A stretch of 40,000 nt of DNA from Campylobacter phage F348, in sequence record MT863716.1; one strand, given 5' to 3'. The notes beneath the pieces are model-generated. The model made no database searches, was not told the DNA's origin, and saw only the letters and a list, made by a program, of their open reading frames with translations. A program made the position numbers and the translations under genes. Position 1 is the stretch's first letter; each line of letters begins with the position of its first letter. Shown here piece by piece: positions 25,843 through 35,788 of the stretch.

Positions 25843-26169
25843 TTATAATCTATATCTTTTTATTGCATTACCTAATTCATCAAAATTACTAATGTTTATT
25901 TTTGCAAGATTAACCTTCATAATACAAGTTGAAAATTTATCAGGTATTCCGTCTTCATTATCTGTATCTGTTACATTACCTTGTAAATCTATATCTGATT
26001 TACCAGTAGGATTGCTTAACACAATATATATGTCATTCTCATCACTATTGTTTGAAAAATATGAGCAAAACACAGTTGTGTCAGCTTCTGAAATATCATC
26101 ATATTCCCAAACACCATTTTTTGAATTAGTTGATAGAAACTCTAATGTTTCTTTGAGACTAAAATACAT
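25843..26169 (-). CDS. Hypothetical protein
   Basis: Open frame with motif promoter directly upstream. Confidence 0.6.
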   Translation of the reverse strand: MYFSLKETLEFLSTNSKNGVWEYDDISEADTTVFCSYFSNNSDENDIYIVLSNPTGKSDIDLQGNVTDTDNEDGIPDKFSTCIMKVNLAKINISNFDELGNAIKRYRL

Positions 26170-26198
26170 AATTTTCCTTTAAAAGTTTAATTTGAAAT

Positions 26199-26230
26199 AT
26201 TATACCATATTTATCTTAATTAATACTTAA
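26199..26230 (-). promoter_or_regulatory. Putative promoter
   Basis: TTAAGTATTAATTAAGATAAATATGGTATAAT. Confidence 0.8.
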
Positions 26231-26254
26231 ATAAATAATGTAAAAAGGTGTAAT

Positions 26255-26710
26255 ATGAACTTTAGAAATATTGCTTTAAACTCAAATATAGTTTTTAGGA
26301 CATTATTATTTTCTGATGATACTCAATATTATTGTCAAAAAGTTAAATTACCTAGAATATCTTTAGAAGGACAAAAAGTAGGGCATTCAACTGGTACTTT
26401 AACATTAGGTGGTGAAGTAGCAAAATTTGATTCAATAACATTGACGCTGTTAGTAGATGAAAATTTAGAAGTGTGGAAAAACTTTGTCAATTTAATTAAT
26501 AAGTATAATAAAGTTTCTACAAATACTGGATGTGGCATTGAAGCTACATCATGGTTAGAAATATATGATTCTAAAAATAAGTTTTTGTTTAAAGTTGAAT
26601 TTTACAAAAGCAAGTTAGATGAGGTAAGTGAATTGGAATATTCTACAACTGATAATAATATCATAACCTTAGATATAACACTTAATTTTGATTATATGAA
26701 AATCATATAA
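26255..26710 (+). CDS. Tail tube (gp19-family)-like protein
   Basis: YYCQKVKLPRISLEGQKVG...LEVWKNFVNLIN...LDITLNFDYMKI; lone + strand gene inside the minus block. Confidence 0.5.
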   Translation: MNFRNIALNSNIVFRTLLFSDDTQYYCQKVKLPRISLEGQKVGHSTGTLTLGGEVAKFDSITLTLLVDENLEVWKNFVNLINKYNKVSTNTGCGIEATSWLEIYDSKNKFLFKVEFYKSKLDEVSELEYSTTDNNIITLDITLNFDYMKII

Positions 26711-26992
26711 TCATTTTTTTAAATGTATAAATTCTTTAATAAGTGACATTGCTTTATCTATACCTAAGTATGTAATTGCACCTGCTACACCTATTTTTGT
26801 AAGATATGGCAATTCTAGTGAAGTTAAAATACAATAAATTATAGTACATAAAACAGCACTGTTAAAAATGTATTTCAAGATGCATTTTATATGTTTTCCA
26901 GTACAAGTATCTTCTTCATCAGACAAATAATTAGATAAGCCACAAATTAGTCCAACAATAAAAATAGGACTTAACTCTAGGAGGTAATTCAT
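26711..26992 (-). CDS. Membrane protein, hypothetical
   Basis: Several hydrophobic segments. Confidence 0.55.
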   Translation of the reverse strand: MNYLLELSPIFIVGLICGLSNYLSDEEDTCTGKHIKCILKYIFNSAVLCTIIYCILTSLELPYLTKIGVAGAITYLGIDKAMSLIKEFIHLKK

Positions 26993-27174
26993 TTAAGTCC
27001 TATCAGCTCACACCATGTATAAATCACACAGAATAGAATGTTTAACCATAATATTCTGTGTGATATTTTATAATACTTTTTGTATCTCTGTGGAATATCA
27101 CAGTGATATTTGCCAATTAAAAACCATCTAAATATAAAAAAATAGTATTTTATTTTATCTGAAAAACTTTTCAT
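26989..27174 (-). CDS. Small membrane protein, hypothetical
   Basis: 4-nt overlap with previous gene. Confidence 0.5.
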   Translation of the reverse strand: MKSFSDKIKYYFFIFRWFLIGKYHCDIPQRYKKYYKISHRILWLNILFCVIYTWCELIGLK

Positions 27175-27177
27175 GTA

Positions 27178-27840
27178 TTATCTTTTCTTTTGTGTTGTTT
27201 TAACTGAATCATCCCATTGTATTTTTTCCAGTTCCTCAATTGTTTTAGCTGCTTCTATTTTTGCTTTTAAAACATTGGCTTTAAAAGTAATCTCTTGTGT
27301 GTTATATGCAACCATTGAGGTAAACTTTAAAAATTCCTGTGGGTTAAAAGTTACTTTTTCATCATTTATGTCAATCCAAATGATTTCAGAAACTGAATTA
27401 GTTCCACTTTGTATATCAAGCATTAAATTAGTTACAGCTCCATTAATATTTAGTTTATCTTTTTCCCTTGTTTGAAAAGTATGACCATTATATACAATTC
27501 CATTTTCTAGAGCTTTATCTCTATTTGATTGGATCTCATACCTTTTCTTCTCTTTTAAGATATCTAATTTATTACTTTCCTGAGTAGTTGCTATTAAAAA
27601 ATCATAATATATATCCATAATATTATTTGATATACAATATTCTTTAATTGCTTGTTTTCCAGCCTCAATTTCTTCAGGTGTAATGTCATCAATATATTCA
27701 ACCATCATGTTTTCTGAATTTTGCCTAACTGTCATAGGCCTATTTAGTAATGCTAACTCTGATCCTATATCAATTGCCCATAATATAACATTTTTGTTCA
27801 ATTGACCTTGATCAGCTAGAGTTTTTTTAGATATTATCAT
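27178..27840 (-). CDS. DUF4376-domain, tail-fibre-associated protein
   Basis: RDKALENGIVYNGHTFQTREKDKLNINGAV...EIIWIDINDEKVTFNPQEFLKFTSMV; next to the fibre gene array. Confidence 0.6.
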   Translation of the reverse strand: MIISKKTLADQGQLNKNVILWAIDIGSELALLNRPMTVRQNSENMMVEYIDDITPEEIEAGKQAIKEYCISNNIMDIYYDFLIATTQESNKLDILKEKKRYEIQSNRDKALENGIVYNGHTFQTREKDKLNINGAVTNLMLDIQSGTNSVSEIIWIDINDEKVTFNPQEFLKFTSMVAYNTQEITFKANVLKAKIEAAKTIEELEKIQWDDSVKTTQKKR

Positions 27841-27880
27841 GTTTTATAGTTCTCCTTATTTTTATATTATTTATAAGTAT

Positions 27881-28585
27881 TTATTTCCAAACAGTTCCAT
27901 TTATAGTTGGTGTATTATAACTTATATTACAATTTGTAGTATTGCCAGCAAAAGTAACACCTTGTGCTACAACTTCTGAACCATTATGAACAGATATGCC
28001 AGTTCCACAATTTTTAATATTTACATGGGCATCTAAACAAGTATCTGATTTCCTAAATGCAAATAATCCATATTCACAATTATCTAAAGTTAATCCTGGG
28101 GTAAATAAATATGAACATGCATGTCTAATACCATTATAAAAATTCTTTATAGTTAAGCTATTTTCTACAGTTGTATATGATGCAAATATGGATCCATGAT
28201 AATTAGTAAATGCTACACCAAAACTCCTGTTATTTGTATTTTCAACAGTTAGATTTTTAATTACAGGGTAAATAGACATATCACCATAAAATACAGTATC
28301 ATGTTGTGAATTGCAATTTTTTGATATTGTAAATCCATTCCCATCAATTATTAAATTTCTAAAATCTGTCTTTGCAATGTTAATAGTATAATTAATAGTA
28401 AGACTATTTAATAATTTTAAAGTTATTGCATAATTAGGATAATTAATATATCTTTTACAGTAATTAAGTGCGTCTAGTATGTTTGTAAAATTTCCACCAT
28501 TACCTATAGTGAACTCCAAGTTATAAGCAAATTCAGGAGTATTATCTATAATATCTTTAAATGTTGTTTGTCCATATGTTTTCAT
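27881..28585 (-). CDS. Beta-helix tail-fibre-like protein, paralog 1
   Basis: N-term YGQTTFKDIIDNTPEFAYNLEFTIGNGGNFTNILDAL shared with neighbours. Confidence 0.7.
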   Translation of the reverse strand: MKTYGQTTFKDIIDNTPEFAYNLEFTIGNGGNFTNILDALNYCKRYINYPNYAITLKLLNSLTINYTINIAKTDFRNLIIDGNGFTISKNCNSQHDTVFYGDMSIYPVIKNLTVENTNNRSFGVAFTNYHGSIFASYTTVENSLTIKNFYNGIRHACSYLFTPGLTLDNCEYGLFAFRKSDTCLDAHVNIKNCGTGISVHNGSEVVAQGVTFAGNTTNCNISYNTPTINGTVWK

Positions 28586-28675
28586 TAATAATTCCTTTAA
28601 ATCAAAATATAAATGTATTTAAAGGAATTATAGTTTCAATTTCCTATATTTTATTATTTGTTGTAATTGTTTAAA

Positions 28676-28708
28676 TTTCAGTTTTAATATTATATATTAA
28701 AACTGAAA
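28676..28708 (-). terminator. 14-bp hairpin downstream of paralog 2
   Basis: TTTCAGTTTTAATA-TTATA-TATTAAAACTGAAA. Confidence 0.5.
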
Positions 28709-28730
28709 AATAGATTTTTGTAATTTGTAT

Positions 28731-29449
28731 TTAAGCTGAAATATATCCATTTTTAGTCCAAGTACCCACAACTTGAGACTTACCAGTTATGCTTCCTGAA
28801 AATGTTGTATTAAAATTATTTATTATTCCAGAACTTTCAACACTTTGGCTTAACGCTCCTGAATTTTGAGTAAATTTACAAGTATGAAATAACAATTTGC
28901 TTCCTACAGATAATATTCCTTTTGAACAGTATCCACTGCTACCTGCACTTAATTCACAAGTTGAACCAAATACATAAGCTTCTGAATTAGTGGATAAAGC
29001 AAATGCGTTACCCAAACAATTTAATATCCCTTTCATATCGTCAAAACAACAGGATGAATTTTTTTGTAATAAAACTGCTGTATTGATACTTTTATTATTA
29101 CAATTTATTTTTAATTTATTAATATTTCCTAAGATTGAATTATACATAGAAAATCCAATATCATAGGAAGCATTATTTAATGTAATAGAATAACCATTAA
29201 AATCTATATTTAAAAATGGGGAATGTATATTCACAATATTAATAAATTCATTTATAACTAAATCACTAATTAATTTTATAGTTATACTTTTATCACTATA
29301 ATTCATATACTTATTGGCTTCATTGATAGCAGTTTGCAAGTCTTCGAACTTGCCCCCCCTGTTCCAACTGTCCATTCTAAATTAGAAGTTAAAAGTTTTG
29401 CAGAGTTATCAATAATATCTTTTATACTGGAACTACCATATTCTAGCAT
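28731..29449 (-). pseudogene. Beta-helix tail-fibre-like protein, paralog 2, split by a G7 tract (phase-OFF candidate)
   Basis: Frames 29303-29449 (MLEYGSSSIKDIIDNSAKLLTSNLEWTVGTGG...) and 28731-29375 (...KFEDLQTAINEA...) join in frame if the tract is G8. Confidence 0.8.
29353..29359 (-). repeat. Poly-G tract, G7 on the coding strand
   Basis: + strand TGCCCCCCCTG. Confidence 0.95.
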
Positions 29450-29497
29450 TATAAATCCTTTATAAATTTTGATAGTATTTATAAATACTATCAAAAT

Positions 29498-30400
29498 TTA
29501 AGCATGAATTATTCCATTGGCTGTAACAGTATTGGTAGCAAATGGTAATTCATATTTACTCCATGTACAATTAGTTACATTTCTACCTGTTATATTTGTA
29601 TGAGCACCATTATAACATAATAATAAATTTGCTGCTTTTGAACCTGTAAAATTAGGATATTGTAGATTCATATAAGAATTGTTATTATTTAATATATTAG
29701 CAGCAGATTTATTATTTGTAATTGATGAATTAGTTAATGTCATTTTAGAACCATATCCACAATAATATAACCATCCATTACAGTTTTCACTACCATTATT
29801 ATCTAATTTTAAATCAAATCCCGTTAATTCACCTTGATCATTACAATATAATAATGATTGCTCTTGTGTTCCATCTAAATTGTTACCATTGTTGGTAAAG
29901 CTATATTTGGATATAACAATTTTAGAAGATAATGATAAAACTGCATTTTTATAACAATTTTTAATACCATATTTGTATGCATTAGATGTTGAAGGAACCA
30001 TAGTAACAGAACTTTCTCTAAAGTACCATCCTTTTGCTTTAGTTCCTATAGCATTAACCATAATTTTAATATTAGGTGCTTTGCAACCATAAAACATAAA
30101 GATATACTTTTCGGTATCAAAATTATTAAGCAATATTTCATCATCTTCTGATAATATATTTATATGATTTGCTAATGCATTTCTTAAGATAATTTGTTCG
30201 TTTAATTTATATCCTGATTTTAATATAATATTTATGTTGCAATTATTTTTTACTGAAATGTATTCGAGTGCTTTTGCTAAAGCATCTGATAATTTGGAGA
30301 ACCCCCCCCCCCCTCCTACTGTATAAGTTTTGCTCTCTGTTAATATTTTAACACTACCATTAATTATTTCTTTTATACTTGAATTTCCATAATTTATCAT
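29498..30400 (-). CDS. Beta-helix tail-fibre-like protein, paralog 3 (in frame)
   Basis: MINYGNSSIKEIINGSVKILTESKTYTVGGGGGFSKLSDALAKA; likely ATG at 30400. Confidence 0.75.
   Translation of the reverse strand: MINYGNSSIKEIINGSVKILTESKTYTVGGGGGFSKLSDALAKALEYISVKNNCNINIILKSGYKLNEQIILRNALANHINILSEDDEILLNNFDTEKYIFMFYGCKAPNIKIMVNAIGTKAKGWYFRESSVTMVPSTSNAYKYGIKNCYKNAVLSLSSKIVISKYSFTNNGNNLDGTQEQSLLYCNDQGELTGFDLKLDNNGSENCNGWLYYCGYGSKMTLTNSSITNNKSAANILNNNNSYMNLQYPNFTGSKAANLLLCYNGAHTNITGRNVTNCTWSKYELPFATNTVTANGIIHA
30302..30313 (-). repeat. Poly-G tract, G12 on the coding strand
   Basis: Encodes the GGGG run in TVGGGGGFSKL; + strand shows C12. Confidence 0.95.
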
Positions 30401-30417
30401 ATTTTTATGATTCCTTT

Positions 30418-31755
30418 CTAATATAAGTGTATACAACCACTAGATGAAAAAACATTTGCAGCAATATTAGTTTTATTAAAACCAGATACAACTATATTAC
30501 TATCACATGAAATATTCCCACCATGAGAAACATATAAAGCATATGAATTACTGTTTGAAATATTTTTAAATATAGGGGTATTAAATCCTAATTCAGATGC
30601 AACATGCGAAACACCACAATTAGCAGCTACATTATTATATGTTCCATCAAATGTAACATTTCCAGCATATATTTTACTTGAATCAGCACTCCATAGTATA
30701 TTTCCACTGCAAGTTTTAAATGTATTATTTTGATACACATTTAATATACTACCATTGTCTGCTACTACACCCGATTCAGTACAATTTTCAAATGTACTGT
30801 TTTGTACTAATCCTATACATCCAACACTACCAACACCCCATTTTGCATTATATACACCAGAATTATTAAGCTTAAAATTAGTTTGTAAGAATCCAAATGC
30901 CATCGAAAACATAGTAGGTACTGAACTAAATCTGAGTTTAAACGATATTATTGGAGATATTCCAAATGTAAATGAAACTGCAATAGGATATGCTGCGTAT
31001 TGATTTATAAAAGCGGGATTAGGTGCCATAGTTCCATCAAAATCAACATAATCATCTTCTGATGTTAAAACAACATGTCCTAAATTTGCATTATTGATAT
31101 GAAGACTTTCAGTTAATTTATACGATGACTTCATTGTTATAGTAATTTTATAATTTGTCACAGATATATATTTTGAAGCTTCTTGTAATGCATCTACTAA
31201 ATTTGAAAATGTTCCATTTGTACCAACAGTCCATTCAAGATTCTCTGTTAATAGTTTAGGTAAACTACTTAAACTTAATTGACTGCTTTTTGTTTTTGAA
31301 TAAATTATCTTTTTTATAGGAATTGTATCATTATCAGTATATATTACTACATTATTATTTTTAATAATGTAGTCAAAAGGTACTGCATCTATTGATGAGT
31401 TTGCAGTATTTTCTATATATAATCCCAGAACTTGAATTATTGTATCAGGTTCAATTGCTATTTTGAACATTTTTTTACCTTTACTGATATTATCAGTTGT
31501 GGTAAATTCTGGATCATTTATTACTTTGATATTACTATCAACTACACCTAAATTGCCATCACTTGATAATGATACAATACTATTATTAAGAATTGCTTCA
31601 TTTACAGTTGATGTAGCTGTCAATCCACCTTCTTGTTTTTTTAAATATAATTTATTTTCACTTTTTAGCAATATTATTTTATTGACTGGAACCTTGTCTA
31701 TGCCAGTTTGTGAATCATTTACAAATGACCATACATTATCTATACCATATGCCAT
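30418..31755 (-). CDS. Beta-helix tail-fibre protein, paralog 4, with extra N-terminal domain
   Basis: N-term MAYGIDNVWSFVNDSQTGIDKVPV..., then SLPKLLTENLEWTVGTNGTFSNLVDALQEA. Confidence 0.75.
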   Translation of the reverse strand: MAYGIDNVWSFVNDSQTGIDKVPVNKIILLKSENKLYLKKQEGGLTATSTVNEAILNNSIVSLSSDGNLGVVDSNIKVINDPEFTTTDNISKGKKMFKIAIEPDTIIQVLGLYIENTANSSIDAVPFDYIIKNNNVVIYTDNDTIPIKKIIYSKTKSSQLSLSSLPKLLTENLEWTVGTNGTFSNLVDALQEASKYISVTNYKITITMKSSYKLTESLHINNANLGHVVLTSEDDYVDFDGTMAPNPAFINQYAAYPIAVSFTFGISPIISFKLRFSSVPTMFSMAFGFLQTNFKLNNSGVYNAKWGVGSVGCIGLVQNSTFENCTESGVVADNGSILNVYQNNTFKTCSGNILWSADSSKIYAGNVTFDGTYNNVAANCGVSHVASELGFNTPIFKNISNSNSYALYVSHGGNISCDSNIVVSGFNKTNIAANVFSSSGCIHLY

Positions 31756-31778
31756 TTAACTGATCTCCCTTTTTAACA

Positions 31779-33425
31779 TTATTTATATTCTATTTCAGAA
31801 AACTTACCATCATTAATAATATTAACAGTAGATGTAAAATAATCTAATTGATTTTTAATTTCACTATTATGACTTATAACATACATGCTCATTAAGTCAG
31901 TATTCTTTGTTAATATTTTTAATAACTCATTTTTACCTACACTATCTAAAGAACTATCTAAAACTTCATCAAGTATAAGTAAATTACATTTTACATCAAA
32001 CTTATTTCTACAAATATCTAAAAAAGCCAACATTATAGAAAATGTTAGTCTTAAAGCTTCACCATTACTCATAGATTTATATTCAAATGGTTTATTATCT
32101 TTAGTAATTGTTTCTTTTAAGTTTGAATCTAACAAAAATGTAAAATTAAACTCATCAAACATATTTATATATTTGTTTATGGTTTTGTTTATAAATGGTA
32201 AGTGCATATTTAAAAATGCACCTTTTAAATTGTTATTATTCAATAGAATTTCAAGTTGATTTAAATTAGAAATATATGTATTAATCTCATTATACTCATT
32301 TACAATTTCTTGTAATTCTTTTTCATTTGAAATAATATCATCATTAGCTGGTTTTTCTATGTGTTCTACTTTGCTTTTTTCTAATAAATCTTCATATACT
32401 TTTTTATTTTCTATTGATGGTTTTAATTCTAACATTTTTGTATATATATCATCTTTGTTTTTAATATATACTTCATTTTCATTTTGTAATACTTCTAATT
32501 GTTTTAATAAATCATCATGATTAGAAACATCAATATTGCTTGGAATAATTTGTTTTAACTTCTCACAACCTTTACACATTTTATATTTTTCCATTAATTG
32601 TAAAGCTGATTTTTGCTCATTTATAATTTTTAACAAATCATTTATTTTATTAGAAGGGTCCTGTGTTAATATATTGTCATATTGTGTTTTTAACTCTTTT
32701 AGTTTTTCAACCTTTCCAGATTCTTCTTTAATTTTATTTTCAATTTCATTAATATTATTATTTTTATTTTCTATATAGTCATTATAAGCTTTTAAATCAT
32801 ATTCGTATTTTATTTTTGCTTTTGATATAACATCTTGCAAAGTGTTTATTTTAAATAATGTATTTGTTTGTATAGTAGTTTTTTCTTTTTTTAAAAGTTT
32901 TATTTTTTCAGTAAGTTCTAAAAATGTAGCAGTATCAGAAAGTATAGCAAATACATCTTCTTTTTCTTTTTTAGACAACCTTACAAATGATTGACTTAAC
33001 AAATCTCCACCTAAATATATAAGATTTCTAAAAGCTTGTTCTGTAAATTTTAATATATTATTTTCTAAAAATTCTTGATACGCTGAATTTGTGCTTAATA
33101 ATGGTATTAATTCATTATTTTTGTATATTTCAAAAATGCTAGGATTAGTCCCTCTTTTAATTGTGAACTCATCTCCATTAATATTCATTTCAACTTCAAC
33201 ATACATTCCTTTTTTATTGATATTATTAACAAGTGATCCTATTGTCTTACCATTATATGTTTTACCAAAAAGACAATAATGTAATGCTAAAAATAAGCTT
33301 GATTTTCCAGCACCATTTTTACCTGTTACCAAATGAATACCATTAGTAAATTCAAATTTTGTTTTTTTGTTTCCATATTTCATAAAATTTTGCAGTATTA
33401 TAGATTTAAAATTAATGTTATTCAA
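31779..33425 (-). CDS. 46: Recombination endonuclease subunit, SbcC/Rad50-like (gp46)
   Basis: VTGKNGAGKSSLFLALHYCLFG; CxxC hook CKGCEKL; LILDEVLDSSLD. Confidence 0.93.
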   Translation of the reverse strand: MNNINFKSIILQNFMKYGNKKTKFEFTNGIHLVTGKNGAGKSSLFLALHYCLFGKTYNGKTIGSLVNNINKKGMYVEVEMNINGDEFTIKRGTNPSIFEIYKNNELIPLLSTNSAYQEFLENNILKFTEQAFRNLIYLGGDLLSQSFVRLSKKEKEDVFAILSDTATFLELTEKIKLLKKEKTTIQTNTLFKINTLQDVISKAKIKYEYDLKAYNDYIENKNNNINEIENKIKEESGKVEKLKELKTQYDNILTQDPSNKINDLLKIINEQKSALQLMEKYKMCKGCEKLKQIIPSNIDVSNHDDLLKQLEVLQNENEVYIKNKDDIYTKMLELKPSIENKKVYEDLLEKSKVEHIEKPANDDIISNEKELQEIVNEYNEINTYISNLNQLEILLNNNNLKGAFLNMHLPFINKTINKYINMFDEFNFTFLLDSNLKETITKDNKPFEYKSMSNGEALRLTFSIMLAFLDICRNKFDVKCNLLILDEVLDSSLDSVGKNELLKILTKNTDLMSMYVISHNSEIKNQLDYFTSTVNIINDGKFSEIEYK

Positions 33426-33466
33426 TTCTTTCCTTTCAAAAATAAAATGAGTGATTAATCACTCAT

Positions 33467-33787
33467 TTAGCTTTTAAATACATAATAATCATCATCTTCA
33501 TAGACTAAGACAACATCATCTATAGCTCTTTGTTTTGCATCATCTAGATCTGAATCATCATCTTCCATATCAAAATATCCAAGGTTTTCCAATTCATCTT
33601 TTAACTCATCTTCACCTTCTGCAACTGAAAAATCAGACATAATAGCAATTGGATCAAATTCAATCTGTTCACCAATATCATCTTCTAGTTGTGTTATATA
33701 GTCGAAAAGAACATCTGAAGCACCATAACTTAGCCCTTGTTTTTGCATTCTTTCTTGGAACATATTTTTATCAACATTAATAATCAT
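33467..33787 (-). CDS. Small acidic protein, unknown
   Basis: Open frame with motif promoter at 33817-33848. Confidence 0.6.
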   Translation of the reverse strand: MIINVDKNMFQERMQKQGLSYGASDVLFDYITQLEDDIGEQIEFDPIAIMSDFSVAEGEDELKDELENLGYFDMEDDDSDLDDAKQRAIDDVVLVYEDDDYYVFKS

Positions 33788-33816
33788 TGTTTCTCCTTTA
33801 GTTTTGATTTATAAAA

Positions 33817-33848
33817 ATTATATCACAGTTTTCTTAATTTAAGCTTAA
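33817..33848 (-). promoter_or_regulatory. Putative promoter
   Basis: TTAAGCTTAAATTAAGAAAACTGTGATATAAT. Confidence 0.8.
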
Positions 33849-34840
33849 TTATTTATAACATCATTCAATACTGACTCTAAATGCCTATGTTCTTTCAAAA
33901 TATATTCTTTTATAAAATCTAATGACTCGGCAACAGAGTTATTTAAACTAACAGATTCATATAACTTTTCTTCTTCATATTTGTAGAATACCTTGCTTAT
34001 TCTTGCCCTAGCACCAAAATATTCTAATATTTTATCTTCTTTTTCATTTTTTTCTTCAAGTATTATTTTCCCTACTTTACAAAAATCAGGAAAGTTGCCA
34101 GTAAATAACTCAGGTTCATCTTTATACTGCAAGATTATTTTATCTTTTAAAACAGTAACAGTAAAATGTCGCCTATCCCAAGTATTTTCTACAAACTCTT
34201 CTTCTAAGTTTTCATTTAACAAAATTATACCAGGTACAGAATTAATCTCATTAAAAGTCATCTGATAAGGTGTTCCTATATAAACATTATTTTGGTTAAA
34301 ATGATAATGTCCCATATAAACTTTTTTATATTTTGAATTGTCAATGTTTAATCCTTCTTCAGCAATACTTGTATGATTATATTTAAATCCTTTTAATTCA
34401 GCATGACCTAGTAATATATCACATTCTTTTAGTAACTCTTCATCACCACATAACCATGGAGATATTCCTATTTTGTGTTTGCCAAAAACATGATATGATG
34501 GTTCTTTAATATATTTTATTCCAAGTAAATCAGCAAATAACTCACTTGAAACAATATCTCTATTATCTCTGTTATACATATCATGATTTCCAGCAAATGT
34601 ATAAAAATCAAACCCTTCAAATATAGTTTTAAATCTAGTTGATAAAGTATGTAATAATTTTAAATCAATTAATTTTCTATTATCAAACATATCACCTAAT
34701 TGATATATTGTACTACAACCTTTTTCTTTTAAAATGTCTCTATATTTTTCTAGAGAATTTAATTGTACTTCAAGAATATCATGATCAAAACCTTTACACC
34801 CAAAATGTAAGTCCCCCATTAAAGCTATCAATTTTCCCAT
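33845..34840 (-). CDS. 47: Recombination endonuclease subunit, SbcD/Mre11-like (gp47)
   Basis: MGDLHFG, QLGDMFDNR, FAGNHDMYN, LLGHAELKG, YMGHYH. Confidence 0.93.
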   Translation of the reverse strand: MGKLIALMGDLHFGCKGFDHDILEVQLNSLEKYRDILKEKGCSTIYQLGDMFDNRKLIDLKLLHTLSTRFKTIFEGFDFYTFAGNHDMYNRDNRDIVSSELFADLLGIKYIKEPSYHVFGKHKIGISPWLCGDEELLKECDILLGHAELKGFKYNHTSIAEEGLNIDNSKYKKVYMGHYHFNQNNVYIGTPYQMTFNEINSVPGIILLNENLEEEFVENTWDRRHFTVTVLKDKIILQYKDEPELFTGNFPDFCKVGKIILEEKNEKEDKILEYFGARARISKVFYKYEEEKLYESVSLNNSVAESLDFIKEYILKEHRHLESVLNDVINN

Positions 34841-35697
34841 ATATCTAACTCACTTTCTACTGTCTTTTTCTCTTTTTTAGGAAAACTAGGAACATATATA
34901 TTTCTAAACTTCATGATATCTAATGTTTTAAAGTTTTTCCCAGCAATTTTGTTATACTCATCAGTTTTTAATAAATAGTCATGATGATATATCATTTTTA
35001 CTGTTTTATTATTGTCAATATCTTTCAAAATATCCCATAGTGTATTAGATTGAATAATATTTTCATTTACAATAAAATATCTTTTTGAAGTGTCAAGATT
35101 TAAATCAGTTTCAACTTTTTTATTAATATCTTCTACAATATACAGTTTATTATCTATAGCAACAATAGGATATATTTCTACATCATATTTTATATTTTCA
35201 TCATCAGTTTTATAACAGCATGTATATTCTTTCTGTTCCAATCGTAATTCTAATTCTGTGTAATCAGCATAATAGTTTTTTAACAGTTCCTGCTCAGCTT
35301 TTCTTTCATTTATAACTTGTATTATGCTATTAACTATTATTTGAGTACAATATGCAAAAGCTTTAACTGGTTCTTTGGATATTTTTGAAACTTTATTAGC
35401 ATCAAAATTAGGGATTACATATAACATTAACTTTTCAGTAGCATTTGAATAAAAATCATCTTTATATGTATATCCACTGAATTTAGGCATGGTTAATATG
35501 TGTTTTATTAGAAGCAAACACATTTCACCAAATCTTGTTTTTTTATAATGTTCAGATATCCCTTCTTCTCTTAATTTCTCTATTTGTTGAATGTCATCAT
35601 CTGTTTTATTTTCTATTTTTAGTAATTCTTTTAATTTTTCAACCTTTTGTAATTTTACAATTTCATCTCTTAAATCTTCTTCCTTTAAGTAATCCAT
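34828..35697 (-). CDS. 55: Late sigma-like factor (gp55-like) with a C-terminal extension
   Basis: FSGYTYKDDFYSNATEKLMLYVIPNFDANKV...KAFAYCTQIIVNSIIQVINERKAE resembles the T4 gp55 core. Confidence 0.7.
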   Translation of the reverse strand: MDYLKEEDLRDEIVKLQKVEKLKELLKIENKTDDDIQQIEKLREEGISEHYKKTRFGEMCLLLIKHILTMPKFSGYTYKDDFYSNATEKLMLYVIPNFDANKVSKISKEPVKAFAYCTQIIVNSIIQVINERKAEQELLKNYYADYTELELRLEQKEYTCCYKTDDENIKYDVEIYPIVAIDNKLYIVEDINKKVETDLNLDTSKRYFIVNENIIQSNTLWDILKDIDNNKTVKMIYHHDYLLKTDEYNKIAGKNFKTLDIMKFRNIYVPSFPKKEKKTVESELDIWEN

Positions 35698-35714
35698 ATA
35701 ATTCCTTTTTATTT

Positions 35715-35748
35715 TATTATAACATATAATAACTTAAAGTCATCTTAA
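35715..35748 (-). promoter_or_regulatory. Putative promoter of gp55-like gene
   Basis: TTAAGATGACTTTAAGTTATTATATGTTATAAT (coordinates +/-1). Confidence 0.75.
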
Positions 35749-35752
35749 TAAA

Positions 35753-35760
35753 TATAAATA
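35753..35760 (+). promoter_or_regulatory. Late-promoter box TATAAATA
   Basis: T4 late consensus about 28 nt before the capsid gene start. Confidence 0.6.
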
Positions 35761-35788
35761 ATATAATATACTTAAATAAAGGAAAGAT

